Shown here: in pieces, positions 50,852-59,170 of the stretch | Position numbering within the stretch: position 1 is the stretch's first letter | Layout: every line of letters begins with the position of its first letter | Origin: Candidatus Latescibacterota bacterium | GTDB lineage: Bacteria > Latescibacterota > UBA2968 | DNA: 64,000 nt | Direction: 5' to 3' | Assembly: GCA_965198115.1 (NCBI GenBank) | Contig: OZ240241.1 | Location: 7,232,001 to 7,296,000 of the forward strand | The notes under the pieces: model-generated | Seen by the model: the letters and a program-made list of their open reading frames with translations, nothing else | What the model was told of the DNA's origin: nothing | Database searches by the model: none | Program-made: the position numbers and the translations under genes

Positions 50852-51661
50852 ACGATCAACTGCATCCCGCGCATCCTGTTCGGGCTTCTGGTTGCCTGCC
50901 ACACATCGGCGGCCGTTCACTCAGCGGGCGAATTCTCGCCAACGGGCGCCCGGGCAGGTGGCATGGGTGATACGTTTACGGCCATTGCCACCGGCGCTGA
51001 GTCCTACGGATGGAACCCCGCGGGGGTCGCGTGGTCGAGAAGCTTCGAAGGTTCCTTTGGATACGGTCGTCCCTATGGGCTGGCTTCGCTGGAAACTCTG
51101 AACGCGTCCGTGGCTTTCGGAAGACGACGATACGGGATCGGTGCGTCGGTCGTCGGGTTTGGCGATGTCGCGTATCGAGAAACGACGATGGCGATCTCTC
51201 TCGCCGGCCGTCCCAGACGCGGCCTCGTCGGTGTTGGGATCGGAGGGCGATGGATCACGATGGGTGGTACCGGACTTCGGCCGAGGGGACGTGGAATGAT
51301 TGACATCGGGTTGCGTATTGCCGGGGATGATTGGGCGGTCGCCGCCGTAGGATGGAATGCGACCGGCCATCGGGTCGACATTCTGAGCCAGGGCAGTACG
51401 TTTGGCCTTGTGCTGCGTGTGACTCCACGAGTCGTGATTGGGTTCGACATTCGGAAGGAAGTGGGTATCAGAACGGGTGCGTCCACCGGGGTCGAGGTCA
51501 CACTCAGACGACGTTTCGTCATCCGGACAGGATGGGGCGGCTACCCGGAGCGGTTGGGAGTGGGAATGGGGATCGTGACCGATCACGTTCAGATCGATGT
51601 CTCTTTTTCGATGCATTCGATTTTGGGTCACTCACATCGGCTGTCCTTGGCCGTTCGTTAG
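50852..51661 (+). CDS. Second PorV-like beta-barrel protein; start codon non-canonical or uncertain
   Basis: In-frame signal-like RILFGLLVACHTSAAVHS upstream of GARAGGMGD, WNPAG, LGHSHRLSL. Confidence 0.6.
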   Translation, partial: TINCIPRILFGLLVACHTSAAVHSAGEFSPTGARAGGMGDTFTAIATGAESYGWNPAGVAWSRSFEGSFGYGRPYGLASLETLNASVAFGRRRYGIGASVVGFGDVAYRETTMAISLAGRPRRGLVGVGIGGRWITMGGTGLRPRGRGMIDIGLRIAGDDWAVAAVGWNATGHRVDILSQGSTFGLVLRVTPRVVIGFDIRKEVGIRTGASTGVEVTLRRRFVIRTGWGGYPERLGVGMGIVTDHVQIDVSFSMHSILGHSHRLSLAVR

Positions 51662-51741
51662 GGTCGATTTATTGACACTGTCTGGCCCCGCTTCTATCTT
51701 TGAAATCCCTTCCCAATTTCCCACGATCGCTTGTAGGATCT

Positions 51742-52476
51742 ATGCTTCGAACCATCGGGCGAGAAGTCGTCCTGTTCATCGCGTGCGCCGTGTTTATGGG
51801 TGCGGTCGGGCTCATTCTGCTGGACAGCTGGTTGATGCCCGAGTACGTCCGCAAAGGGCAGCAAATCGAGGTACCCGACGTCGTCGACCGCACACCCGAG
51901 CAGGCTCGGCGGCTCCTCGCACGGAAGGGTCTTCGCCTCAAACTGCGTGAACCCCGCTGGGATACCGATATTCCCAGGGGTCACATCATCGCGCAGCATC
52001 CCTCTGCAAACGAGCGCGTGAAGCAGGGTCGCACCGTGTTGGCGGTTCCGAGCAAGGGGCGGCGTAGTTTCACCGTTCCGGACCTCGCTCGAAAAACGCT
52101 GAGGCAAGCCGGTCTGCTTGCCCAACAGGCTGGGCTCGCGGTGGGCGAAATTCACGATGAACCCTCTCACGATATTGCAGAAGGTTCCGTGATCCGACAC
52201 GAACCTCCTCCTGGTGCTCGAGTCGCCGGTGGCACCGAGGTCATTCTGTTCGTGAGCGACGGACCTCCAGGCGAGATTATCCAAATGACGAACCTGATTG
52301 GCATCCCGATCAGAGAAGCCCGTCGAGAGATCGAGAAGCTCGGTCTGCAGATCGGGAAGATTCGTTACGAGTTCACGACGGCTTATGCTCCAAACATCGT
52401 GATTCGTCAGGTCCCGGCGGATACGATGGAAGTGCGTCAGGGTTCGCGCGTCGAGTTGGTGATCAGTAAACTTTAA
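51742..52476 (+). CDS. PASTA-domain membrane protein (3 repeats)
   Basis: TM helix then VPDVV, VPDLA, MTNLIG repeats with Q.P..G..V. Confidence 0.88.
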   Translation: MLRTIGREVVLFIACAVFMGAVGLILLDSWLMPEYVRKGQQIEVPDVVDRTPEQARRLLARKGLRLKLREPRWDTDIPRGHIIAQHPSANERVKQGRTVLAVPSKGRRSFTVPDLARKTLRQAGLLAQQAGLAVGEIHDEPSHDIAEGSVIRHEPPPGARVAGGTEVILFVSDGPPGEIIQMTNLIGIPIREARREIEKLGLQIGKIRYEFTTAYAPNIVIRQVPADTMEVRQGSRVELVISKL

Positions 52477-52487
52477 CCAACGAACAG

Positions 52488-52599
52488 CAACACGAAGTCA
52501 CGAAGACGCGGAGGAAAGCCGAACCAGGAGTCTTACTCCGGAGCTAGGGAGTGGACTCCAGCCCCCGTCTTTCTTCGTGACTTCGCGCCTTTGTGTTGG
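52488..52599. repeat. Inverted pair of 9-mer arrays around an inner palindrome; related array at 54773-54894
   Basis: ACACGAAGT-CACGAAG-ACGCGGAG ... CTTCGTGA-CTTCGCGC-CTTTGTGTT. Confidence 0.7.
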
Positions 52600-52616
52600 T
52601 TTTCCGGAGATTTGGA

Positions 52617-53279
52617 ATGATCAAGATTGCGCCGTCGTTTCTCTCAGCTGATTTCGGGAATCTAGAATCTGAGATCCGGAAGGTCGAGGAGGCGGGGGTC
52701 GAGTACATCCATTTGGATGTGATGGATGCGCATTTTGTGCCGAATCTCACGTTCGGACCTTTCATCGTAGAGGCGATTCGGAAGCGGACGGAGCTGGTGC
52801 TGGACGTCCATCTGATGATCACGGATCCCGAGACGTATCTTCAGCCGTTCGCGGACAGCGGGGCGGACATCTTCACGATCCACGCTGAGATCGAGGATGA
52901 TTTCGTCGTGTTGCTTCCGAAGATTCGGGCAGCCGGGATGAAGTCGGGGGTTTCGATCAAACCTGCGACGGGAGCGGATGTCCTGGTTCCGCATCTCGAC
53001 CAGATCGACCTTGCCCTCGTGATGTCTGTCGAGCCTGGGTTTGGTGGACAGTCGTTCATGCCGGAGGTCCTACCAAAGGCGACGGCCCTTCAGAAGGCGA
53101 TTATGGAGAAGGGTCTGGAGACGGAGATCGAAATTGACGGGGGAATCGGACCGCAAAATGCGGCGGATGCGGTCAAGGCAGGCGTTCGGGTCTTGGTGGC
53201 TGGGTCCTCGACATTTCGGGACGGAAAAGTTGCGGAGAATGTAGCGGCATTGAGAGCCGCTGCCGAGGCAGGTCTTTGA
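52617..53279 (+). CDS. rpe: Ribulose-phosphate 3-epimerase
   Basis: IAPSFLSADF, HLDVMDAHFVPN, DVHLM, MSVEPGFGGQ, IDGG. Confidence 0.96.
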   Translation: MIKIAPSFLSADFGNLESEIRKVEEAGVEYIHLDVMDAHFVPNLTFGPFIVEAIRKRTELVLDVHLMITDPETYLQPFADSGADIFTIHAEIEDDFVVLLPKIRAAGMKSGVSIKPATGADVLVPHLDQIDLALVMSVEPGFGGQSFMPEVLPKATALQKAIMEKGLETEIEIDGGIGPQNAADAVKAGVRVLVAGSSTFRDGKVAENVAALRAAAEAGL

Positions 53280-53438
53280 TGCCACTGTTAAATTAAGTCA
53301 TTGATAATTAGGAAATTGAAACAAGGTAATCAGTCCGTCGTGACCTTCAGGATGCGGCGGATTCGTCTTGCGTGGAATTAACCCTTCTTATATGTTTTAC
53401 AGTCTGTCGCAAAATGTGCTGCTACAACGGGTAAGGCT

Positions 53439-54764
53439 ATGTTCGATCAGCTGACCGACAAGCTTGAAGGCGTTTTCAAGAAGCTCCGTGGCCAGGGCAA
53501 GCTGACGGAAGCCAACATCGACGAAGCACTGCGAGAAGTACGGCGGGCGCTCCTCGAGGCCGACGTCAACTACAAGGTTGCGCGGGACTTCATTAAGCGT
53601 GTGAAGGAGCGTGCGGTCGGTCAGGATGTGCTGAAGAGCATTGCGGCAGGGCAGCAGGTCGTCAAGGTGGTTCACGACGAAATGGTCGTTCTTCTGGGGG
53701 GTCGGCAGTCTCCCCTTGATCTCACGGGATCGCCGCCGCTCGTGATCCTGATGGTCGGTCTCCAGGGTTCGGGAAAGACCACCACGGCAAGCAAGCTGGC
53801 TCTACAGTTGAAGGGCAAGGGAAGGACGCCGTTGCTGGTGGCTGCGGACGTGTATCGCCCGGCCGCAATCGATCAGCTCGAGGTGTTGGGCGAATCGATC
53901 GACGTCGGGGTCTACCGGGCGCCGGACGGAACCGATCCGGCTGATATTGCGAAGGGTGGGCTCGAGCTGGCAAAAGCCACCGGGCTCGACACGGTGATCA
54001 TCGATACGGCAGGCCGTCTGCACGTCGATGACGACCGGATGGATGAAGTCGAGCGCATTCGCGACGCGGTTGCCCCGAAGGAGATTTTGTTCGTCGCGGA
54101 CGGGGCGACGGGTCAGGATGCGGTGACGGCTGCAAGCGCCTTTTACGAACGGCTCGCCTTCACGGGTGTCGTCCTCACTCGATTGGACAGCGATACCCGC
54201 GGAGGTGCCGCGCTGTCGATCCGTGAGGTGACGGGTGTGCCGATCAAGTTCATTGGCGTGAGTGAAAAGCCCGACGGACTGGAGGCCTTCCACCCCGATC
54301 GGCTCGCGTCGCGCATTCTGGGGATGGGTGACATCGTCACCCTGGTCGAAAAGGCGCAGGATGCGGTGGACGAAACGCAGGCTCGCGAGATGCAGAAGAA
54401 GCTGCGGACGGCGTCGTTCACGTTCGACGATTTTCTCGAGCAGATGGAGCAGGTCAAGCAGATGGGACCGCTCGACCAATTGGTGGACATGATTCCGGGC
54501 GCCGGCAAGGCGCTCAAGGGAATGCAGCTCGAGGAGGACGCCTTCGTGGGCGTCGAAGCCATCATTCGCTCGATGACGCTCGAAGAACGAGGCAAGCCCC
54601 AGATCTTGAACGGCAGTCGCCGGCGACGGATCGCGAAGGGCAGTGGAACGACGGTGCAGGACGTCAACCGTTTGATCAAGCAGTTCACGATGATGCAGAA
54701 GATGATGAAACGCATGGCCCGTCCGGGTAAGGGCGGAAAGTTGGCCATGCCGATGTTCGGGTAA
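53439..54764 (+). CDS. ffh: Signal recognition particle protein
   Basis: GLQGSGKTT, DTAGR, FHPDRLASRILGMGD, Met-rich M domain. Confidence 0.97.
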   Translation: MFDQLTDKLEGVFKKLRGQGKLTEANIDEALREVRRALLEADVNYKVARDFIKRVKERAVGQDVLKSIAAGQQVVKVVHDEMVVLLGGRQSPLDLTGSPPLVILMVGLQGSGKTTTASKLALQLKGKGRTPLLVAADVYRPAAIDQLEVLGESIDVGVYRAPDGTDPADIAKGGLELAKATGLDTVIIDTAGRLHVDDDRMDEVERIRDAVAPKEILFVADGATGQDAVTAASAFYERLAFTGVVLTRLDSDTRGGAALSIREVTGVPIKFIGVSEKPDGLEAFHPDRLASRILGMGDIVTLVEKAQDAVDETQAREMQKKLRTASFTFDDFLEQMEQVKQMGPLDQLVDMIPGAGKALKGMQLEEDAFVGVEAIIRSMTLEERGKPQILNGSRRRRIAKGSGTTVQDVNRLIKQFTMMQKMMKRMARPGKGGKLAMPMFG

Positions 54765-54916
54765 ACCAAAAGCAACACGAAGGCGCGAAGGCACGAAGGA
54801 AGGCGGGGGCAGAACTAGGAAATCTGGTCAGTTCCGTGGTCTCCTCGAACCTTCTTGCTCCCAACCTCCGTGTTCTCCGTGTCCTCAGTGGTTAGCTTTG
54901 TTTTTTGGAGGAGTTG

Positions 54917-55243
54917 ATGGTCAAGATTCGTCTAATGCGTCTCGGCAGTCGTCATAACCCGTTCTATCGGGTGGTGGTGATGGACACACGGGCTCCCCAG
55001 AAGAGCCGGTTCATTGAGAATCTGGGATATTACGACCCAACGAAGAATCCACAGCTCATCGAGCTCAAGGAAGAACGGGTCGCCCATTGGTTGGGGTGTG
55101 GTGCGCAGCCCACGGATACGGCCAGGAGCCTGTTCCGAAAGCGGGGTATCCTGCGTCGGATTCACGAAGCGCGTACAGGAACGAGCTCCGCAGAGGGCGA
55201 TGGTGATGGCGAAGGCTCGGAGGCCGAGTCGTCGGAATCCTGA
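54917..55243 (+). CDS. rpsP: 30S ribosomal protein S16
   Basis: MVKIRLMRLG, PFYRVVV, GYYDP, GAQPTDT. Confidence 0.96.
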   Translation: MVKIRLMRLGSRHNPFYRVVVMDTRAPQKSRFIENLGYYDPTKNPQLIELKEERVAHWLGCGAQPTDTARSLFRKRGILRRIHEARTGTSSAEGDGDGEGSEAESSES

Positions 55244-55251
55244 CGGGGATC

Positions 55252-55764
55252 GTGGACGACGCGATGGTCGCTGTTGGAAAGTTGCAGAAGACACGCGGCA
55301 TAAGCGGGGAGATTTTCTGTCATCCGCTGACGGATTACGTCGAGCGGTTCGCAGAGCTCGAAACCGTCACACTCGAGCTTCCGAATGGACGGTACGTCGA
55401 AGCGAACGTCGAGTCCTCCCGTGTCTACGGAAACAAGCTCGCGATCAAGTTCGAGGGAATGAACACGCCGCAGGCCGTCGAATCCTATCGAGGCGCGCTC
55501 GTTCTGGTTCCGAAGGATGAGACGTTCGAGCTTCCGGACGACACGTTTTACGTGTTCGAACTCGTTGGGATGACGGTTGAGACGGCGAGAGGCGAGCAAG
55601 TCGGTACGATTAAGGATGTGCTGTCGATTCCTGGCAATGATGTCTATGTCGTCGACCGGGACGGAGAGGAACTTTTGCTCCCGGCTGCCCGGGATCTTCT
55701 GAAGGTGGATCGAGTCGCGAAGAAGATCACCGTAGAGAACCTTGAAGGACTACTAGGAAAGTAG
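55252..55764 (+). CDS. rimM: Ribosome maturation factor RimM
   Basis: VGKLQKTRGISGE, FYVFELVGM, NDVYVV, LLP; synteny. Confidence 0.93.
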   Translation: MDDAMVAVGKLQKTRGISGEIFCHPLTDYVERFAELETVTLELPNGRYVEANVESSRVYGNKLAIKFEGMNTPQAVESYRGALVLVPKDETFELPDDTFYVFELVGMTVETARGEQVGTIKDVLSIPGNDVYVVDRDGEELLLPAARDLLKVDRVAKKITVENLEGLLGK

Positions 55765-55921
55765 GAAATCCAGCAATTAGGGAATTGGACTGCTTCCCGA
55801 CCGCACTCTTGGGCAACGGGAAGCGCATTACGCCGTCGCACTGAGCCCCTCGACTCCGCTCGGGACAGGCTCCGTCGAAGTGTCGGCCCTCGCATGACCC
55901 GCTTGATGCGTCGTCCTGTTG

Positions 55922-56614
55922 ATGCGTTTCGATATCATTACAATTTTCCCGGATCTGATTCGCGATGCGATGTCACACAGCATACCGGGACGCGCGATGG
56001 AGGCTGGTCTAGTCGAGTTCCACGCGCACGATCTTCGCGACCACACCGACGACCGACATAAAACAGTCGACGATACGCCCTACGGTGGGGGTGCGGGGAT
56101 GATCTTCAAGCCCGAGCCTATGGCGAGGGCGATCGAGGGTGTGCGGGGTGGAGACGTCGAGACGCCGTTAATTTATCTGACGGCCGATGGGGACCGATTC
56201 GATCAGGCTATGGCCAATCAGTTCTCGTTGAAACCTCGCCTGATCCTGCTGTGTGGCCATTACCGTGGTATCGACGATCGGATCCGCGCACAATATGTGA
56301 CGCACGAAGTCTCGGTCGGTGATTATGTGCTGAGCGGCGGCGAGTTCCCGGCGCTGGTGCTGATGGATGCGGTCACGAGACTGATCCCGGGTGTGATCGG
56401 TGACGCCGAGTCGGCGTTGGACGATTCATTCCAGAACGGATTGCTCGATTGTCCGTGGTACACACGTCCCCGTGAGTTTGCGGGGATGGCCGTGCCGGAT
56501 GTGCTGCTGGAGGGAGATCACAAGAAGATCGAGGCGTGGCGGCACGAGGAAGCACTTCGACGGACACGAGAGCGGCGACCGGACCTGTTGGAAGAAGAAA
56601 AGAAGGAAAAGTAG
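55922..56614 (+). CDS. trmD: tRNA (guanine-37-N1)-methyltransferase
   Basis: [35 protein letters not shown]. Confidence 0.96.
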   Translation: MRFDIITIFPDLIRDAMSHSIPGRAMEAGLVEFHAHDLRDHTDDRHKTVDDTPYGGGAGMIFKPEPMARAIEGVRGGDVETPLIYLTADGDRFDQAMANQFSLKPRLILLCGHYRGIDDRIRAQYVTHEVSVGDYVLSGGEFPALVLMDAVTRLIPGVIGDAESALDDSFQNGLLDCPWYTRPREFAGMAVPDVLLEGDHKKIEAWRHEEALRRTRERRPDLLEEEKKEK

Positions 56615-56660
56615 AGAAGAACCTCTATTTCCCTTTGCGTGTAAGCCAGGAGAAGAAACG

Positions 56661-57005
56661 ATGGATGCGATTCTGGAAGCTGTAGGAGCCGCTCAAAAGA
56701 AAGAGGTGCCCGACTTCGGTGCGGGTGACACCGTGCGCGTGCATCAACGCGTGATCGAAGGCGAAAAGGAACGCATCCAGATTTTCGAGGGTGTCGTGAT
56801 TCAGCGACGCGGTGTGGGAATGAGTGAGACGTTCACCGTCCGGAAGATTTCGGCGGGGGGGGTCGGCGTGGAGCGCATCTATCCCGTGAATTCTCCTCGG
56901 ATCGCGAGAATCGAATGTCCTCGCCGTGGGAAGGTCCGGCGCTCTCGGATCAGTTACCTTCGTGACCGTCGAGGACGCGCAGCCAGGATTCAGGAGCAGA
57001 GGTAG
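56661..57005 (+). CDS. rplS: 50S ribosomal protein L19
   Basis: [42 protein letters not shown]. Confidence 0.96.
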   Translation: MDAILEAVGAAQKKEVPDFGAGDTVRVHQRVIEGEKERIQIFEGVVIQRRGVGMSETFTVRKISAGGVGVERIYPVNSPRIARIECPRRGKVRRSRISYLRDRRGRAARIQEQR

Positions 57006-57092
57006 CGAGGCCGGAGGCCTCGCTGTTGGCCGTGAACCGTTATCCGTTGTCCGTGAAGACGGCCAACGTTTGGCAATGACTCTTGGTATTTT

Positions 57093-57395
57093 ATGGCGAA
57101 TCGGCGGCGAGAGAGAGCACGCAGGACGGGAAGCGGCCGGGGCCGCGAGCAATCGGGCATCGAGGTGCTGCCGCTGCCGTATGACCGGCGGAACCTGATC
57201 GTCTTTCTCGCCGGGCTGGCTGTGATTGCCGTGGGTTACTTCTGCATGGCCCAGCCACCGGTCGATGGTTTTTTGTCGCTGACCCTCGCACCAATCCTTC
57301 TCGTGATCGGCTATTGCGGCTTGATTCCCGTAGCGCTGCTGTTGAAGAAAAAGAATGAAGAGCCTGTGGAAGGAAATCCGGCCCCGGACCAGTAG
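57093..57395 (+). CDS. Small membrane protein (DUF3098-like)
   Basis: Basic N-terminus, RNLIVF..GLAVIAVGY..M, SLTLAPILLVIGY. Confidence 0.75.
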   Translation: MANRRRERARRTGSGRGREQSGIEVLPLPYDRRNLIVFLAGLAVIAVGYFCMAQPPVDGFLSLTLAPILLVIGYCGLIPVALLLKKKNEEPVEGNPAPDQ

Positions 57396-57459
57396 ATGGA
57401 TTCTAGATCTTCCGGCTAACGGCCAACGGTTCTCGGCTAACGGTTTCTCAAGGGCGATT

Positions 57460-58887
57460 AGCAATGTCTTTTTCGCTGTTGAAATTGGACAGCGGCATGT
57501 GATGGTTTCAGGCGGCTGCAGGGCGTCCTTCAACGTTCCCGTCGAGGGCGGCATCGTGCGTCTGAAGGGCGACCACAAGCTTGGTCATCTGGCGGTAGCC
57601 CTTGAGTCGCCGGAAGCCCCGTTCGGCTTCCAAGGCACCGGCGGCGCTCCAGCGCAGGATCATGCGGCCGCTCTTCCATCGCTTGACGCGGCCTGAGAGT
57701 TGGCGCAACTGTCCGATCAGGTTTTCGATGACGTTCGTGCTCGAAAGGGTGCGCTCCAGGGAAGATCCACCGAGGCCCAGGCGTTTGACCGTCAGCAGAT
57801 CCTCGAGCCCTTCGCGGAGCGAGGCGGCCGCACCGGGGTGCTGCTCGTCCAGGCTCCTCGCCAGATTCTTCAGCATACGCTCGGCTAGTTCAGGATCTTC
57901 GGCTTTGAACGCGTCTTTCAGGGCGCGCTTCACCGACCCCCGCTTGCCCTCCGGCAGCGCGTCCAACACGTTCCGCTTCTTATGCTCCTGGCATCGCTGG
58001 ATGAGCGCGCGTCTTCCGAGGACCGACCGCACAGCCCTGTAAAGGGCCTTGCCGCCGTCGATCACCACGAGGATAGCCCGGTCGGTGGGGAGGCCCCGCT
58101 CTACAAGGTCCTCCAGCAGGGCCGTGCAGGTGGCCTTGTTCTCCGTCGCCCCTTCCCAGAGTCCGAGCACGTGCTTCTGGCCTTGGCCGTCAATGCCCAC
58201 CCCCGCCACAATGACGTGATCGCCGGCATAGTGGACGCCGTCGAGCATCAGCACTTTCAGGCCCAGCTCGGACAGATCGCGCTCCATCAGCGTGGCCAGT
58301 TTCCTGGCTGTCCCACGGACGAACCGGCCACTTACCGCGCTCCGACTGGTTCCACGGCCCACAAGGACCTCAGGCACCTCCTCCAGAGAGCGCCGGTACT
58401 TGCGCGTCGACACCCCGACCAGCATCTGTTCGATCGCACGCGCCTCAAGCGGGTCCCTGGCCGACCACGATTCCCAGCTCGGCAGCGACACCTCTTCCCC
58501 CGAGGTCGTCCGCACCCGAGGCCGCTTCACCTTGACCAGCCGCCCACCCAGTACCAGGGAGCTGGGCACATGCCCGCCCCGGTGAGCCTGTCGCTCTTCC
58601 GTGTGCCGATAACGAGGCCCGCACACCTGCGTCCGCTCCGACTCAAGCACCTCAATGACGTGCGACAACCCGGACACCAGAACCGTGTCCTACAGACTCT
58701 CTCGAACGAACGCACCAAGCGCCTGACTCAGTCCCGACTTGACGTTTCCCTGTTGCCGACTTGCTTTCTTACTGACATTCTTACCCATGGTGGTAGCTCC
58801 TCTTTGATGTGAACTACTTCCCACCCGAATCATGGGATTCGGGCGGAGGAGCCGCCACCCAATTTCAACAATCTAGGAGACTTCGCC
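57460..58887 (-). mobile_element. IS256-family insertion sequence
   Basis: Imperfect ~29-bp IRs sharing GTCT and TGTTGAAATTGG; flanking direct repeat GGGCGATT(AGC) at 57452 and 58888. Confidence 0.9.
57508..58788 (-). pseudogene. IS256 transposase with in-frame TAG at codon 33 (58690-58692)
   Basis: GVSTRKY, LMLDG, KHVLGLWEGATEN, IDGGKAL, QRCQEHK, STNVIEN; upstream in-frame MGKNVSKK with GGAG RBS. Confidence 0.85.
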
Positions 58888-58964
58888 GGGCGATTAGCTC
58901 AGCTGGTTAGAGCGCCTGCCTTACAAGCAGGAAGTCACTGGTTCGAGTCCGGTATCGCCCACCA
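58888..58964 (+). tRNA. tRNA-Val (anticodon TAC)
   Basis: GGGCGAT/ATCGCCC acceptor stem, TAGCTCAGCTGGTTAGAGC D arm, CCTGC-CTTACAA-GCAGG anticodon arm, GTTCGAGTC T loop, CCA end. Confidence 0.97.
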
Positions 58965-58967
58965 AAA

Positions 58968-59004
58968 CCCCCGTAGAAGCTGAGACGCTCTACGGGGTTA
59001 ATTT
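58968..59004 (+). terminator. Hairpin downstream of tRNA-Val
   Basis: CCCCGTAGA...TCTACGGGG followed by TTAATTTT. Confidence 0.65.
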
Positions 59005-59170
59005 TGCCCAATTATAAAGGTTTATCCACCTAAGCCAAGCACAGATCTCTTGCTCACGACTAACCAATTGGCTACAATAAGGTATACACATTAGCACCCA
59101 TTGATACTTCAGAAAACCCATCTATACGTGTTGTTTAGGGTTACATAGAGGGTTACAGAGGGATTTCAAG

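Noticed and set aside
18352-58692. Genome-wide TAG recoding
   Set aside because: TAG ends conserved genes such as recJ, fmt, rimM, trmD and rplS at their expected C-termini
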